Of a stretch of DNA of 64,000 nt, positions 1-10,104 are shown one piece after another. The stretch comes from Acidimicrobiia bacterium (GTDB lineage Bacteria > Actinomycetota > Acidimicrobiia > Spongiisociales > ZC4RG35): NCBI GenBank assembly GCA_965215185.1, contig OZ244034.1, forward strand, positions 3,057,535 to 3,121,534, in the 5' to 3' direction. Both the position numbers and the translations under genes were made by a program. The stretch's first letter is position 1, and each line of letters starts with the position of its first letter. The notes under the pieces are model-generated. The model worked only from the letters and a program-made list of their open reading frames with translations. It ran no database searches and was not told the origin of the DNA.

Positions 1-1
1 G

Positions 2-175
2 ACGATCTTCGTGAAGAATGTCGAAGCCACTTGGGACTACCTCAAGAAGAGGGGCGTCGACTTCGCCACCGATCCGTACACCGTCCGTGCAGAGGATGAA
101 CAGCCGGGCGTACACGGATCAGCCGTGGCGGCTATCGCTCCTGACGGACTGCTTGTTGAGTTCGTCCAGGCATAG
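2..175 (+). CDS. VOC/glyoxalase family protein, 3' part (gene begins before the window)
   Basis: Frame 2 reads TIFVKNVEATWDYLKKRGVDF...AAIAPDGLLVEFVQA*, clearly paralogous to the C-terminus of the VOC protein at 3133-3555. Confidence 0.75.
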   Translation, partial: TIFVKNVEATWDYLKKRGVDFATDPYTVRAEDEQPGVHGSAVAAIAPDGLLVEFVQA

Positions 176-237
176 CCACTAACGATCGGCTGCAAGTAGA
201 CGCGGCCCAGGTCGGCCACGAGGAAGGAAAGCGACAG

Positions 238-1518
238 GTGGTGGCTGCTAGCACCCGAAGGATGCCTGAGACTCGCACGAGGCTACTCCCGGATATCGAA
301 GAAGCCTTGGCATCGGGGGCCATTCATCGCAACCCCCACCCGGTGTACAGGGCCCTGCGCGAGGAGACGCCTGTCTACTGGAGTGGCCTCCTCAAGCAGT
401 GGCTGGTCACGTCGTATGACCTGGTAGTAGAGGTCCTTCTCAATTCGACAGTTTTCTCGAACTACGGGTACGAGTCGAGCTACATCGAGCGGCTCCCTAC
501 CGAGTTCCTGATCGAGGTCGACACCCTTCGCCATCACTGGAAGCAGGAGGGGCTCATGCATTCCGGCGGGCCGAAACACACTCGTCTCAGGCGCGCGGTA
601 GGCCCCTCTTTTACCCCGAAGGTGGTTTCCCGCCTCGAGGAGCGAATCCAGGATCGCGTCACGCATCTTCTCGAGAATGCAAAGGCGCGTTACGATCATC
701 AGTACGAAGTCATCCAAGGTCTGGCACAACCGCTCCCCGTAACCGTCCTCGCAGATGTGCTTGGAGTTCCCGAGAGGCATCGAGACCGCTTTCCGGTCTG
801 GTCGGCGAGCGTTCTCCGGTTCTTTGGTAGCCCGCAACCCGACCCCCTCAATGCCGCCGAACTCGATGCCAACCTCGTTGATTGGAGGCGCCTGGTTAGC
901 GATCTGCTACACAGCCGTTCTCGATGTCCCCGGGATGACTTTCTTACTACGGTCGCGAGAGCCATCGATAACGCTCAGATGTCTGCCGAAGACGGTCTGG
1001 CTATCTGCGTTCATCTTCTGATCGCCGGTCATGAGACCACGACCAATCTGATCGGCAACACCATCTACTGTCTTGTCACGCGTCCCGACCAGCTTGAAGA
1101 GGCGCGTGGATCGACGGAAGCTCTGCAGAGTGCCGTTGAGGAGACGCTCCGCTACGAACCGCCCATAGCGCGGATCAGGCGGGTGTGCGCTAAGAGCTAC
1201 GAGCTAGGCGGTGTACTCATTCGCAAGGGAGAACCGGTAGTGGCGGTAGTTGCAGCTGCGCATCGTGATCCCCAGACCTTTCAACGGCCCGACGAGTTTG
1301 ATCTCCATAGGGAGATGCCGAGGAGAGGGCATCTTGCCTTTGGCCTGGGACCCCATTTCTGCCTCGGGGCTCCCCTCGCCCGTTTGGAAGCCGTGGTCGC
1401 AGTACGGCAATTCCTCGATCGGTTTCCAGAGATACGTCTCGCACCCTCGACTGCACCGGCTTGGCGAGAGTCGATCAACCACCGGGGTCTCGAGAGCCTG
1501 TTGCTCGACACGGGATGA
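238..1518 (+). CDS. Cytochrome P450
   Basis: I-helix AGHETT, ExxR (ETLR), heme-binding FGLGPHFCLGA. Confidence 0.97.
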   Translation: MVAASTRRMPETRTRLLPDIEEALASGAIHRNPHPVYRALREETPVYWSGLLKQWLVTSYDLVVEVLLNSTVFSNYGYESSYIERLPTEFLIEVDTLRHHWKQEGLMHSGGPKHTRLRRAVGPSFTPKVVSRLEERIQDRVTHLLENAKARYDHQYEVIQGLAQPLPVTVLADVLGVPERHRDRFPVWSASVLRFFGSPQPDPLNAAELDANLVDWRRLVSDLLHSRSRCPRDDFLTTVARAIDNAQMSAEDGLAICVHLLIAGHETTTNLIGNTIYCLVTRPDQLEEARGSTEALQSAVEETLRYEPPIARIRRVCAKSYELGGVLIRKGEPVVAVVAAAHRDPQTFQRPDEFDLHREMPRRGHLAFGLGPHFCLGAPLARLEAVVAVRQFLDRFPEIRLAPSTAPAWRESINHRGLESLLLDTG

Positions 1519-1565
1519 GCCGGCCCAGGCGTCGCTCACAAGAGTGCCCTGCTGGCCGCTGCACA

Positions 1566-2405
1566 TCAGCCCAGCCCGAGTAAGCGCCGCGGGTTATGGG
1601 CTGAGATGGCCTGCCAAGCGGCCTCCGACAATCCGGCCGACTTCAGAGCCGTCACGTATTGCTCCACGTTGACCGCCGGATAGGAGGTCCCGAAGAGCAT
1701 CCGATCCATCAGAAACCCGTTCGCCGCAAGCGTGTAGTCGGATCTACCGGGAAGATTGGCCCAGTAGAGGTCCGGCATCACCCAGAAGTTGGGGCGCCGC
1801 CACGCTACGCCGAGGGTCTCGGTGACGAACGGCCAGCCTCCATGCACCGAAACCACCTGCAGGTTGGGGAAGTCGCGTGCTACCCGATCGAGGGGCGCCG
1901 GGAAGGCGTACGAGATATCGGGGTTCGCGTCGCCGCCGGACACGAAGACCGGAAGGCCGGTCGCATCGATCTGTTCATAAACGGGATAGAGCACGGGATC
2001 ATCCGCGTGCATGGGTGGATCGGCTATTCCCGGCTCGACGGTCACCCCGACAAACTCCAGTTGCCGGCAGGTAACCAGATCTGCTTCGGTATCGCCGGGA
2101 GTCAACCGAAGCGAGCCGACTCCGAGAAAGCGATCCGGGTGGGTCCGGACGAGTTCGGCCACGAATTCGTTCGAAGTACCGCCAATGAGGTCATTGGATG
2201 CACGTGCCGCCAGCACGGCGGTGTCGACACCGGCCCGTGTCATCTCGTCGAAGAAAAGGGGAAGTGACTGCCGTTCGAACGAAGGCGGGATATCGTATCC
2301 GCGCTGCCGGAGTCTGGCCCCCATCGCGCCAGGGGAGGTGAACATGCGCTGTTGCAGGAACTCGCCGGCAGGAGGCCTCGCCCGAAGGTCGATCGCACCC
2401 GGCAT
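1566..2405 (-). CDS. Amidohydrolase_2 family protein
   Basis: Motifs AIDLRARPP, HPDRFLG, DPVLYPVYE, HGGWP, RMLFGTSYP; start placed at ATG 2405, just after the upstream gene's stop. Confidence 0.85.
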   Translation of the reverse strand: MPGAIDLRARPPAGEFLQQRMFTSPGAMGARLRQRGYDIPPSFERQSLPLFFDEMTRAGVDTAVLAARASNDLIGGTSNEFVAELVRTHPDRFLGVGSLRLTPGDTEADLVTCRQLEFVGVTVEPGIADPPMHADDPVLYPVYEQIDATGLPVFVSGGDANPDISYAFPAPLDRVARDFPNLQVVSVHGGWPFVTETLGVAWRRPNFWVMPDLYWANLPGRSDYTLAANGFLMDRMLFGTSYPAVNVEQYVTALKSAGLSEAAWQAISAHNPRRLLGLG

Positions 2406-2418
2406 CAGGTCCCGGCTC

Positions 2419-2988
2419 TCATCCCCATTTGGCGGCCGGCGGCTGGTCACCGGTCGGCAGAGGCACCACGTCCCAGGGGTGATACGAGGCCCAGATCTTG
2501 TAGTGCAGCTCTGCCTCGGCGATCGTCCAGATGATCACCCACTGTCGCTCCGCATCGGCCTCCGAGGTGACCTGCATCGGCCAATCGCCGGAAACAGAAC
2601 CAGCCAGATGTCCGTGAGTCCAACCGTCGCCGAAGTGGGCACGCACCGTGATGGGGTCAACGCCACTCGACTTCTCGATACGATGCTTTACGCGGCGCTG
2701 CTCGGGCCAGGAGAGCAGCCAACGCACCTCGATACCTTCGCTGTGGTCGTGCACCGGTCCCTCGATGGTCCCTGATGAGGCAAGCATCAGATCGTTGAAC
2801 GCGGACAGGACGCGGGTGATCACAGGATCCAGAAGCTCCACCGCGCGCAGGAAGACGGTCTCGCGCTCAGATCGAGAACCGGCCGACTCGTACGTGTCCG
2901 ATCGGAGGTCCATGAGGTGTCGCTGGTAGTCCTGCACCCGACTATCCAAAGCTATCGACGGTGACCAATTCACGGCTCTGTGCTCCAA
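2419..2988 (-). CDS. Hypothetical protein, probably co-transcribed with the amidohydrolase
   Basis: 189-aa ORF of protein-like composition ending 13 bp before the amidohydrolase start; true start uncertain. Confidence 0.6.
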   Translation of the reverse strand: MEHRAVNWSPSIALDSRVQDYQRHLMDLRSDTYESAGSRSERETVFLRAVELLDPVITRVLSAFNDLMLASSGTIEGPVHDHSEGIEVRWLLSWPEQRRVKHRIEKSSGVDPITVRAHFGDGWTHGHLAGSVSGDWPMQVTSEADAERQWVIIWTIAEAELHYKIWASYHPWDVVPLPTGDQPPAAKWG

Positions 2989-3132
2989 TCGGCGTGTACC
3001 GCTCTTGTAGGATCGATTCTACAAGTGGCCGGATTGCTCGATCAAATATATGATCTATCGCATCCCGGCCCACGACTCGACGGTGCCAACAGTAGTCGTT
3101 GTGGGCCGAGCTATAGCGGGGAGGAAGCCGAG

Positions 3133-3555
3133 ATGGTTCACATTGATCCAGAGCGCCGAACAGTCGATGTTGCGATTACGTGCAGCAACTTCGAAGAGTC
3201 ACTCCACTTCTACCGGGACGTTCTCGGCTTCGAGATTGTGGTGGACACCGAGATCTCAGGTGAGATTGCCACTCGTCTCGGCGTGGCACCGCGAGGGTTC
3301 CACCAGGTGCGGCTCCAGGCGGGCGACAGCTTGATCAAGCTCATGGACATCGAGTCTCCGCCCCCACCGGCGCCTCACGGTTTCGCTTCCGGGGTCCGCT
3401 GGATCACCGTGTACGTGGAAGACATCGACTCGACCATCGAAGAACTCAAGAAAAAGGGAGTCGAGTTTCTCGCTGATCCCGTGAGAGGTCAGCACGCCGC
3501 CGCGGTGGCTGCGATTGCTCCGGACGGCATCCTGGTTGAATTCGCACAGGTCTAG
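3133..3555 (+). CDS. VOC/glyoxalase family protein
   Basis: VAITCSNFEESLHFYRDVLGF ... PDGILVEF; GGAGG RBS upstream of ATG 3133. Confidence 0.9.
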   Translation: MVHIDPERRTVDVAITCSNFEESLHFYRDVLGFEIVVDTEISGEIATRLGVAPRGFHQVRLQAGDSLIKLMDIESPPPPAPHGFASGVRWITVYVEDIDSTIEELKKKGVEFLADPVRGQHAAAVAAIAPDGILVEFAQV

Positions 3556-3827
3556 CGTGGCCAGGGCCCGAGTACGCCACCCTGGATTACGTCGACTGGC
3601 TCAACCGCCATGGGCTCCTCGAGATCGGTCGGGGACATACCAGCGATCGGACACCAGGCCACGCACGCACTCAGGCAAAACGGCCTCGATAGATTGCGCT
3701 GTTCACCGGGAACGTTTGGCCCGGTAGTGGGCAGGCGGACCGGTAGGTGGGTCACGGTACGGTACGGTACGATCGTGTCTTGCGGGGCTGATCCCTCGTG
3801 GCGTTGGCGTCCTAAGGAGGTTGTGAA

Positions 3828-4613
3828 ATGGGCCGGCTCGACGACAAGGTGGCGGTGGTAACCGGGTCCTCGCGTGGTCTCGGTGAAGGGATCGCCCGCC
3901 GGTTGGCCGCCGAAGGTGCGGCCGTGGTGTGCGCCGACGTGCTCGACGCCTCCGAAGTGGCCGCATCGCTGCCCGCTGCACCTTCCGGTGCCCGCGCTAC
4001 GGCCGTCCACCTTGATGTCACCGACAGCGCCCGGGTCGACGAGGTGATGCGCGACATTGCCGCCGAGTACGGAAGCCTCGACATCCTGGCCAACAACGCC
4101 GGGGTGGCGCAGCCGATCGCCGAGGTCATCGACACCTCCGACGAGGTGATCGATCGCGTGTTCGCAGTCAATATCAGAGGGGTGATCAACTGCTCCCGGT
4201 CTGCGGCCCACATCATGAAGGAGAACATGTGGGGCCGGATCATCAACACCGCCTCGCAGACCGGCAAGGTCGGCTGGCCGGGATGGGGCATCTACTCGGT
4301 CTCCAAGTTCGCGGTGGTCGGCCTCACCCAGGTGATGGCGCTGGAGTTGGCCCCGTACAACATCACGGTGAACGCCATCTGTCCCGGCACCATGTTCACG
4401 AACATGACCAAGACCGGGTTCGGGATGGCGGCCCAGATGGCGGGCCGTGACCGCGAGGATGTGCTGGCCGAGCACATCGCCACCATCCCGATGAAGCGTC
4501 TGGGGACCGCCGACGACATCGGGGCGATGGCGGCCTTCCTCGCATCCGACGACGCTAAGTTCACCACCGGGGCTTCCCTCAACCTGACCGGGGGCGAGCA
4601 GGTCTTCTTCTAG
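3828..4613 (+). CDS. Short-chain dehydrogenase/reductase (SDR)
   Basis: TGSSRGLG, NNAG, YSVSK catalytic motif; AAGGAGG RBS. Confidence 0.96.
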   Translation: MGRLDDKVAVVTGSSRGLGEGIARRLAAEGAAVVCADVLDASEVAASLPAAPSGARATAVHLDVTDSARVDEVMRDIAAEYGSLDILANNAGVAQPIAEVIDTSDEVIDRVFAVNIRGVINCSRSAAHIMKENMWGRIINTASQTGKVGWPGWGIYSVSKFAVVGLTQVMALELAPYNITVNAICPGTMFTNMTKTGFGMAAQMAGRDREDVLAEHIATIPMKRLGTADDIGAMAAFLASDDAKFTTGASLNLTGGEQVFF

Positions 4614-4716
4614 GAGGGTGGTGTGAAACCCCTTCACGGCCCGTTGATCGATGACATGATGCCTGTTCAGAGGAAGATGGGCCGTTGCTGCCCACCGTTT
4701 TAGACCACCCTTCTAG
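4610..4716. mobile_element. MITE-like element, family A, copy 1 (CTAG-flanked)
   Basis: CTAG-GAGGGTGGT...ACCACCCTT-CTAG inverted ends; highly similar second copy at 60451-60555. Confidence 0.7.
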
Positions 4717-4758
4717 GGAGGCTGGGGCTATCCTCCGGCCGGCCTCATTCGCTGTGGC

Positions 4759-5901
4759 ATGAGCAAGATGCGAGCCGCCGTCTACCACGGCAGGCGCGAC
4801 ATCAGGATCGAGGAGATCGAGGTACCCGAGCCGGGGCCCGGAGAGTTGCTGGTAGAGGTCCACGCCGCCGGGATCTGCGGCACCGACGCCTCCGAATGGG
4901 AACACGGACCGATGATGTTTCCGGTGTCGGTGCGCAACGACTGGTCCGGTCACCGCGGCCCGATGGTTCCCGGTCACGAGTTCGGCGGCAGGGTGGTGGA
5001 CCGCGGTCCAGGGGTGGAGGCGTTCCCTGACGGCACGCTGATGGCCAGCGGGGCGGGAGTGTCGTGCGGATCGTGCGGGCCGTGCCGGGCGGTGATCACC
5101 AACTTCTGCGAGCGGTACTTCACGGTGGGCCTGCAGCGGAACGGCGCCCTGGCCCAGTACGTTGCGGTGCCGGCGGGTATCTGCCTGGACGTTGGCGATC
5201 TGGGTCTCGACGATGATCGGGCCGCTCTGGTGCAGCCCATGTCGATCGCCCTCCACTCCCTCCGCCAGGGAGAGCCGGGTTCCGGTGACCCGGTGGTGGT
5301 GCTCGGAGTGGGTGGGGTGGGCGCCTTTCTCGTCTACGCGGCGGTCCGATCGGACCTGCGGGTGCTGGCCGCCGATCTCGACCCGGAGCGGCTCGAGATC
5401 GCCGCCGCGCTGGGCGCTTCGCTCACGCTAAAGGTCGACCGGGACGAACCACTCGCCCCCCAGATACGGGATGCCCTGCGCGGCCCTCCCGCGGTGGTCT
5501 ACGAGGTGACGGGAGTTCCCTCCGTCCTGACCGCGGCGCTGGAGGTGGTGGCGCCACGGGGGCGGGTGGTGGCCATCGGCCTCGGCACGGTTCCGGTACC
5601 GGTCGACGTACGCTCCCTCACCCTGCGGGAACTCTATCTGGTGGGTAGCAACGCCCATGTCTTCGCGGCCGACTTCGCGGACGCCGCCCGGCTGGTGGCC
5701 GGCCGCGCCGAGGGTTGGTCGGATGTCGCGCCGGTGGCCCTGCCCCTCGAGTGGCTGGTCGCCGACGGTCTCCGACCGATGGTGGAGCGGAGACCCGAAC
5801 GGATCAAGACGCTCGTCGACCCGTGGGCGGCCGATGTACGCCCGGCGGCGCGGGCAGGTCTGAGTGGTCTGTCTGCAAAGAGTGGTCTGTCTGCAGAATA
5901 A
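4759..5901 (+). CDS. Zinc-dependent medium-chain dehydrogenase (butanediol/sorbitol dehydrogenase-like)
   Basis: GICGTD, GHE, CGSCGPC...C structural Zn site, GVGGVG. Confidence 0.93.
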   Translation: MSKMRAAVYHGRRDIRIEEIEVPEPGPGELLVEVHAAGICGTDASEWEHGPMMFPVSVRNDWSGHRGPMVPGHEFGGRVVDRGPGVEAFPDGTLMASGAGVSCGSCGPCRAVITNFCERYFTVGLQRNGALAQYVAVPAGICLDVGDLGLDDDRAALVQPMSIALHSLRQGEPGSGDPVVVLGVGGVGAFLVYAAVRSDLRVLAADLDPERLEIAAALGASLTLKVDRDEPLAPQIRDALRGPPAVVYEVTGVPSVLTAALEVVAPRGRVVAIGLGTVPVPVDVRSLTLRELYLVGSNAHVFAADFADAARLVAGRAEGWSDVAPVALPLEWLVADGLRPMVERRPERIKTLVDPWAADVRPAARAGLSGLSAKSGLSAE

Positions 5902-5917
5902 CTTGCCGTGCTCCGCT
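5864..5917. repeat. MITE family B left end (GTGGTCTGTCTGCA, tandemly duplicated)
   Basis: Matches the left end of the complete copy at 22321-22485. Confidence 0.6.
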
Positions 5918-6190
5918 TTTATACCTCAAAAGCATCCCACCATCCACCGAAATGCCCCCAACATCGCCACAAACACCAGAAACTAACCGGCCCCACTACC
6001 TCCAGTCATCGTCGCCCCCCCCCAACCGATCGGTGGATTCAGGCTAAACGCGCAGAGCCCCCGGAACTGCGAATCGCAGCCAATCCGGGGCGTGCTGGCA
6101 CCAAGGCAAGTCGCCGTCTCAAGTTGACTACACGGAAGATCCCTACAAACTCTTGTGCAACTATATAATTTGCTTCTAGCTTCTTCTAGA

Positions 6191-7588
6191 TTAGAACTTG
6201 GCTCGGTCCTTGTTGCTTGCCCTGAGCCGCGCGCCAAGGTCGTCGGGAGAGACGAATACTCTTCGCCGACCCTCCACGCCGGCATCGAGCAGTCCATGGG
6301 ACGTCAGGTCGAGTAGGTCGGTACGAGCCGTTTGCAGAACTACATCATGGCTGTTGGCGTGGCTCCGGTATGTGTAGCGATACCCTGGATGCCGTAGGGC
6401 GTGTCCGAGGAGAGCCCGTTGTCTGTGGTTGAGCCCGGGCAGATCCCCGGCTAGGCGTTCCGCGGCCTGCATGCGATCGAGGGTCTCGTCGACGTAGATC
6501 GCCAATTCCTCGAAAGCCCTTCTCAAGACCTCGAGTTGGTGGATCAGGAAGTATGTCAGGTCGTTGCCGTCCGTCTCCGTGTGGAGGAAGGCGTGCGCGT
6601 ACTTTGCCGGTGCCTTCAGGACGATCTCGGAGATCGAGACATACTCGGTAAGCCAGTATCCGGCGCGTAGCGCGGACCAGTAGAACAAGGCGCGGGCCGC
6701 TCGACCGTTCCCATCGACGAACGGATGAATGTAAGCCAACCAAAAGTGGAGTAGGATGGCCTTGACCAGCGGATGGGTGAATGATTTTTCCCCGTCGTTG
6801 GCGAAGTTGCACATTCGTTCGATACGCTCCGGGATCTGTTCCGCGGGTGGCGGAGAGAAAACGACCTCATCACTGTGCCAGGCGACAACAGACACCCTGG
6901 TCTCGTCTGGCTGCTGGAAGCGGCCGCAGTCCCTCCGGTGTTCCAAGGTGTCTTCGGTGAGTATGGCGTGCATTCGCAGGAGTAGTTCCGGCGTCAGGTC
7001 CTCTGAGGCCGCTTCCTTGATGTGGCTGATTGCCCGGTAGTTGTTGAAGATCATGCGTTCGGACTTGTCTCGAGGATCCCGGCCTGACCGGAGCATCTGC
7101 TTGGCTACGACACGGGTTGTGGAGGCTCCCTCGAGTTGTGAGGACGACAGGGCTTCCTCGATGAGGCCTCGCACCTTGTAGCGATCCCGCGTGGTTCGAT
7201 CCACGACGGCCGCGGGCGCGGCAGACCGGCCGGTAGCCCGAAAGTCCAGGTTGTGGAGGCTCTTGAGGATCGGGTCCACAAGGCTGTAGGAAAACGGTAT
7301 CCCGTGTACGTCAACCAATCCGGTAGCCCGGGATGATTGATTGCGGGCGAGGCGCATGCCGGCCCACCACTGTTCGACCGTGAGACCCTCGGGGGGCTCC
7401 CGCCGGCGTACGTCATCCCAATGGAGGTATCGACCGTCCTTCAAGGTCGCGCCCACGTTGACCAACCGCACGAACGTTTCTGGCTCGAGGTCTCTTATCA
7501 GAGCGTATAGATCTGGAGGTTTGGCGATCCGCGTAGCCATAGCGTCTCCGTAACCGTGTGTAGTGATCGGAAGACCGGTCAAATCCAT
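6191..7588 (-). CDS. Fic family protein (AMPylase) with C-terminal HTH-like region
   Basis: Canonical HPFVDGNGRAAR; inhibitory-type SSQLEG motif. Confidence 0.95.
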   Translation of the reverse strand: MDLTGLPITTHGYGDAMATRIAKPPDLYALIRDLEPETFVRLVNVGATLKDGRYLHWDDVRRREPPEGLTVEQWWAGMRLARNQSSRATGLVDVHGIPFSYSLVDPILKSLHNLDFRATGRSAAPAAVVDRTTRDRYKVRGLIEEALSSSQLEGASTTRVVAKQMLRSGRDPRDKSERMIFNNYRAISHIKEAASEDLTPELLLRMHAILTEDTLEHRRDCGRFQQPDETRVSVVAWHSDEVVFSPPPAEQIPERIERMCNFANDGEKSFTHPLVKAILLHFWLAYIHPFVDGNGRAARALFYWSALRAGYWLTEYVSISEIVLKAPAKYAHAFLHTETDGNDLTYFLIHQLEVLRRAFEELAIYVDETLDRMQAAERLAGDLPGLNHRQRALLGHALRHPGYRYTYRSHANSHDVVLQTARTDLLDLTSHGLLDAGVEGRRRVFVSPDDLGARLRASNKDRAKF

Positions 7589-7667
7589 CTTCTAATCAAT
7601 ACCAGATTAGTACATAAGCCTGGATTGGCTAGGCGTTTGCCCTGGCCGTTAGGGGGACCGGATGGTT

Positions 7668-7791
7668 TGGCGACGCCTCTCGTTGCGTTCCGCCTCCTCG
7701 ATGTACCGCTGGGAGTACGCCTTCGTCGGCGGGCCTTGCAAGGAACGCCGCTGCCGGCGCATGCCACGCCGCCATTTCACGGACAGACCAC
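7668..7791. repeat. MITE family B right portion ending GACAGACCAC
   Basis: Similar to about 22360-22485 (GTTGCGTTCCGCCTCCTCG, GCGGGCCTTGC, CGCTGCCGG, CATGCCAC, ACAGACCAC). Confidence 0.65.
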
Positions 7792-7832
7792 TGGCTAGGA
7801 TCGGCCGCGCCTGCGACTGAAAGGCGGTTCCG

Positions 7833-9101
7833 ATGGAGATGACCGAGCGTTCGCCCGAGTTCCCGGTTGCCACCACTCCGGCTCCAGGTGTCATGGGGGT
7901 GGACTGGGAGCAGCGGGTCGACTTCGACCGGCTGCGCAGGTACCGGCTGGCGCGGGCCCGCCAAGCCCTCGAGGAGTCGGACCTCGGAGCGCTTCTCGTG
8001 TTTGACACCGCCAACATCCGCTACCTGACCGCCACCCACATCGGGTACTGGGCCTTCAACAAGATGGAACGGTGGGCGCTGCTGACCCGGACCGGCGAGC
8101 CGTGGATCTGGGATTTCGGTTCGGCGGCGCGGGTCCACAAGCTGCAGGCGCCCTGGCTGGTCCCCGAACAGTCGGTGGGAGGAAACACCGGACTGGCAGG
8201 ATCGATCGGTCCGGAGTCGGGTCTGGTGGCCAAGGCCGTTCGGGAGATACGGGACGTGCTCCACGACGAGGGTGTGGCCGGCATGCCCGTCGGGGTCGAC
8301 ATGGCGGAGACGGAGATGTATCTCGAGCTGGCGCGGGCGGGGATCGAGGTGCGGAACGGGCAGCAGACCATGCTGGCGGCCCGTGAGATCAAGAGTCAGG
8401 ACGAAATAATCCTCCTGACCCAGGCGTCGGCGATGGTCGACGGTGTCTACCAGGACATCTTCGAGGCCCTCAAGCCCGGTGTGCGGGAGTCGGACATAGT
8501 CGCCCTGGCCAACAAGCGGCTCTACGAGATGGGTTCCGAGCACGTGGAGGCCGTCAACTCCATTGCCGGGGAGCGGTGCAGCCCGCACCCGCATGTGTTC
8601 TCCGACCGTCTCATCCGGCCGGGTGACACTGCCTACTTCGACATCATCCAGGCCCACAACGGCTACCGCACCTGCTACTACCGCACGTTCGGGGTGGGTC
8701 GGGCGACGCAGGCGCAGCGCGATGCCTACAAGAAGGCTCGCGAGTGGATCGACGCCGCCATCGCCCTGGTCAAGCCGGGGACCACCACCGACGAGATCGC
8801 TCTGGTATGGCCGGAAGCCGAGGAGTTCGGTTTTCCCGACGAGATGGAGGCCTTCGGGCTCCAGTTCGGGCACGGGGTCGGCTTGGCGGTCCACGAGCGG
8901 CCGGTTATCAGCCGCCTCAATTCCATCGACACGCCGATCGAGTTGAAAGAAGGTATGTTCTTCGCGCTGGAGACCTTCTGCCCGGCGGCCGACGGCCGGT
9001 CCGCCGCCAGGATCGAGGAACAAGTCGTCTGTACGGCGGAGGGCCCCAAGGTCGTGACCCTGTTCCCCGCCGAGGAACTGATGGTGGCCAATGAGTATTG
9101 A
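7833..9101 (+). CDS. M24 family Xaa-Pro peptidase / creatinase-like hydrolase
   Basis: N-terminal NIRYLT, REIKSQDEI, GHGVGLAVHERP, ARIEE. Confidence 0.92.
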   Translation: MEMTERSPEFPVATTPAPGVMGVDWEQRVDFDRLRRYRLARARQALEESDLGALLVFDTANIRYLTATHIGYWAFNKMERWALLTRTGEPWIWDFGSAARVHKLQAPWLVPEQSVGGNTGLAGSIGPESGLVAKAVREIRDVLHDEGVAGMPVGVDMAETEMYLELARAGIEVRNGQQTMLAAREIKSQDEIILLTQASAMVDGVYQDIFEALKPGVRESDIVALANKRLYEMGSEHVEAVNSIAGERCSPHPHVFSDRLIRPGDTAYFDIIQAHNGYRTCYYRTFGVGRATQAQRDAYKKAREWIDAAIALVKPGTTTDEIALVWPEAEEFGFPDEMEAFGLQFGHGVGLAVHERPVISRLNSIDTPIELKEGMFFALETFCPAADGRSAARIEEQVVCTAEGPKVVTLFPAEELMVANEY

Positions 9102-10104
9102 TATGGACGACACGATGCATGCGGTACCGGATACCGATACCCGGATCGGCATCTACCGGTTGATGCTCGAAGCACGCATCTTCGAGCAGTACGCCTACCA
9201 GATGTTTCTCGAGGGGCTGGTCAAGGGCACCTCTCACCTGGCCACCGGACAGGAGGCGATCGCAGCCGGATTCGCCGCCGCCATGCGTCCGGCCGACCTC
9301 ACCTTCTGCACCTACCGCGGGCACATCCACACCCTGCTGAGGGGAACACCGCCCGGCCCGCTCATGGCGGAACTGCTCGGCCGGGCCACCGGCGTGTGCG
9401 GCGGGAAGGGAGGCTCCATGCACCTCACCTGGGCGGCGGCAGGCGCCATGGGTTCCTACGCCATTGTCGGAGCCCACCTTCCGATCGCCGCGGGAGCGGC
9501 CTGGGCAGCGATGGAGCGGGGTAGCGGGCAGGTGTCGGTCTGCTTCTTCGGTGACGGAGCTACCAACATCGGTGCGTTTCACGAAGCCCTCAACATGGCG
9601 GTCGTCTGGAACCTGCCGGTCGTGTTCGTCTGCGAGAACAACCAGTACATGGAGTACACACCTATCGGGTCGGTCACCGCCGTGGAGCGCCCGGCGGCCG
9701 ATCGTGCCTCCGCGTACGGGCTCGAAGCGGTTCTGGCGGACGGCAACGATCCCGACGATATGTTCGGTATCGCCCGGAGCTCTCTCGAAAGGGCCAGGGC
9801 CGGGGGAGGCCCCAGCCTCATCGAAGCTCTCACCTACCGCCACGGCGGTCACTCCCGCGCCGATCCCGGCAAGTACCGCCCGGACGACGAGGTGGAGAGA
9901 TGGAAGGCACGGGATCCGATCCCGATGTACAGGGAGAGGCTGGCGTCTGCGGGATCATCGGAGCAGCAACTGTCGGGTATAGAGGAGTCGGTAGAGGCGG
10001 CCATGCGCGTAGCCGTCGAGGAGGCGAAGGCGGCGCCGGCGCCCTCCCTGGCTTCGATATCCACCGAGGTATGGGCGGATGGGGGTTCGCAGTGGCGGAA
10101 CTGA
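9091..10104 (+). CDS. TPP-dependent 2-oxoacid/acetoin dehydrogenase E1 alpha
   Basis: GQEA, TYRGH, GKGGSMH, FFGDGA...ENN TPP motif, TYRHGGHSRAD. Confidence 0.96.
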   Translation: MSIDMDDTMHAVPDTDTRIGIYRLMLEARIFEQYAYQMFLEGLVKGTSHLATGQEAIAAGFAAAMRPADLTFCTYRGHIHTLLRGTPPGPLMAELLGRATGVCGGKGGSMHLTWAAAGAMGSYAIVGAHLPIAAGAAWAAMERGSGQVSVCFFGDGATNIGAFHEALNMAVVWNLPVVFVCENNQYMEYTPIGSVTAVERPAADRASAYGLEAVLADGNDPDDMFGIARSSLERARAGGGPSLIEALTYRHGGHSRADPGKYRPDDEVERWKARDPIPMYRERLASAGSSEQQLSGIEESVEAAMRVAVEEAKAAPAPSLASISTEVWADGGSQWRN

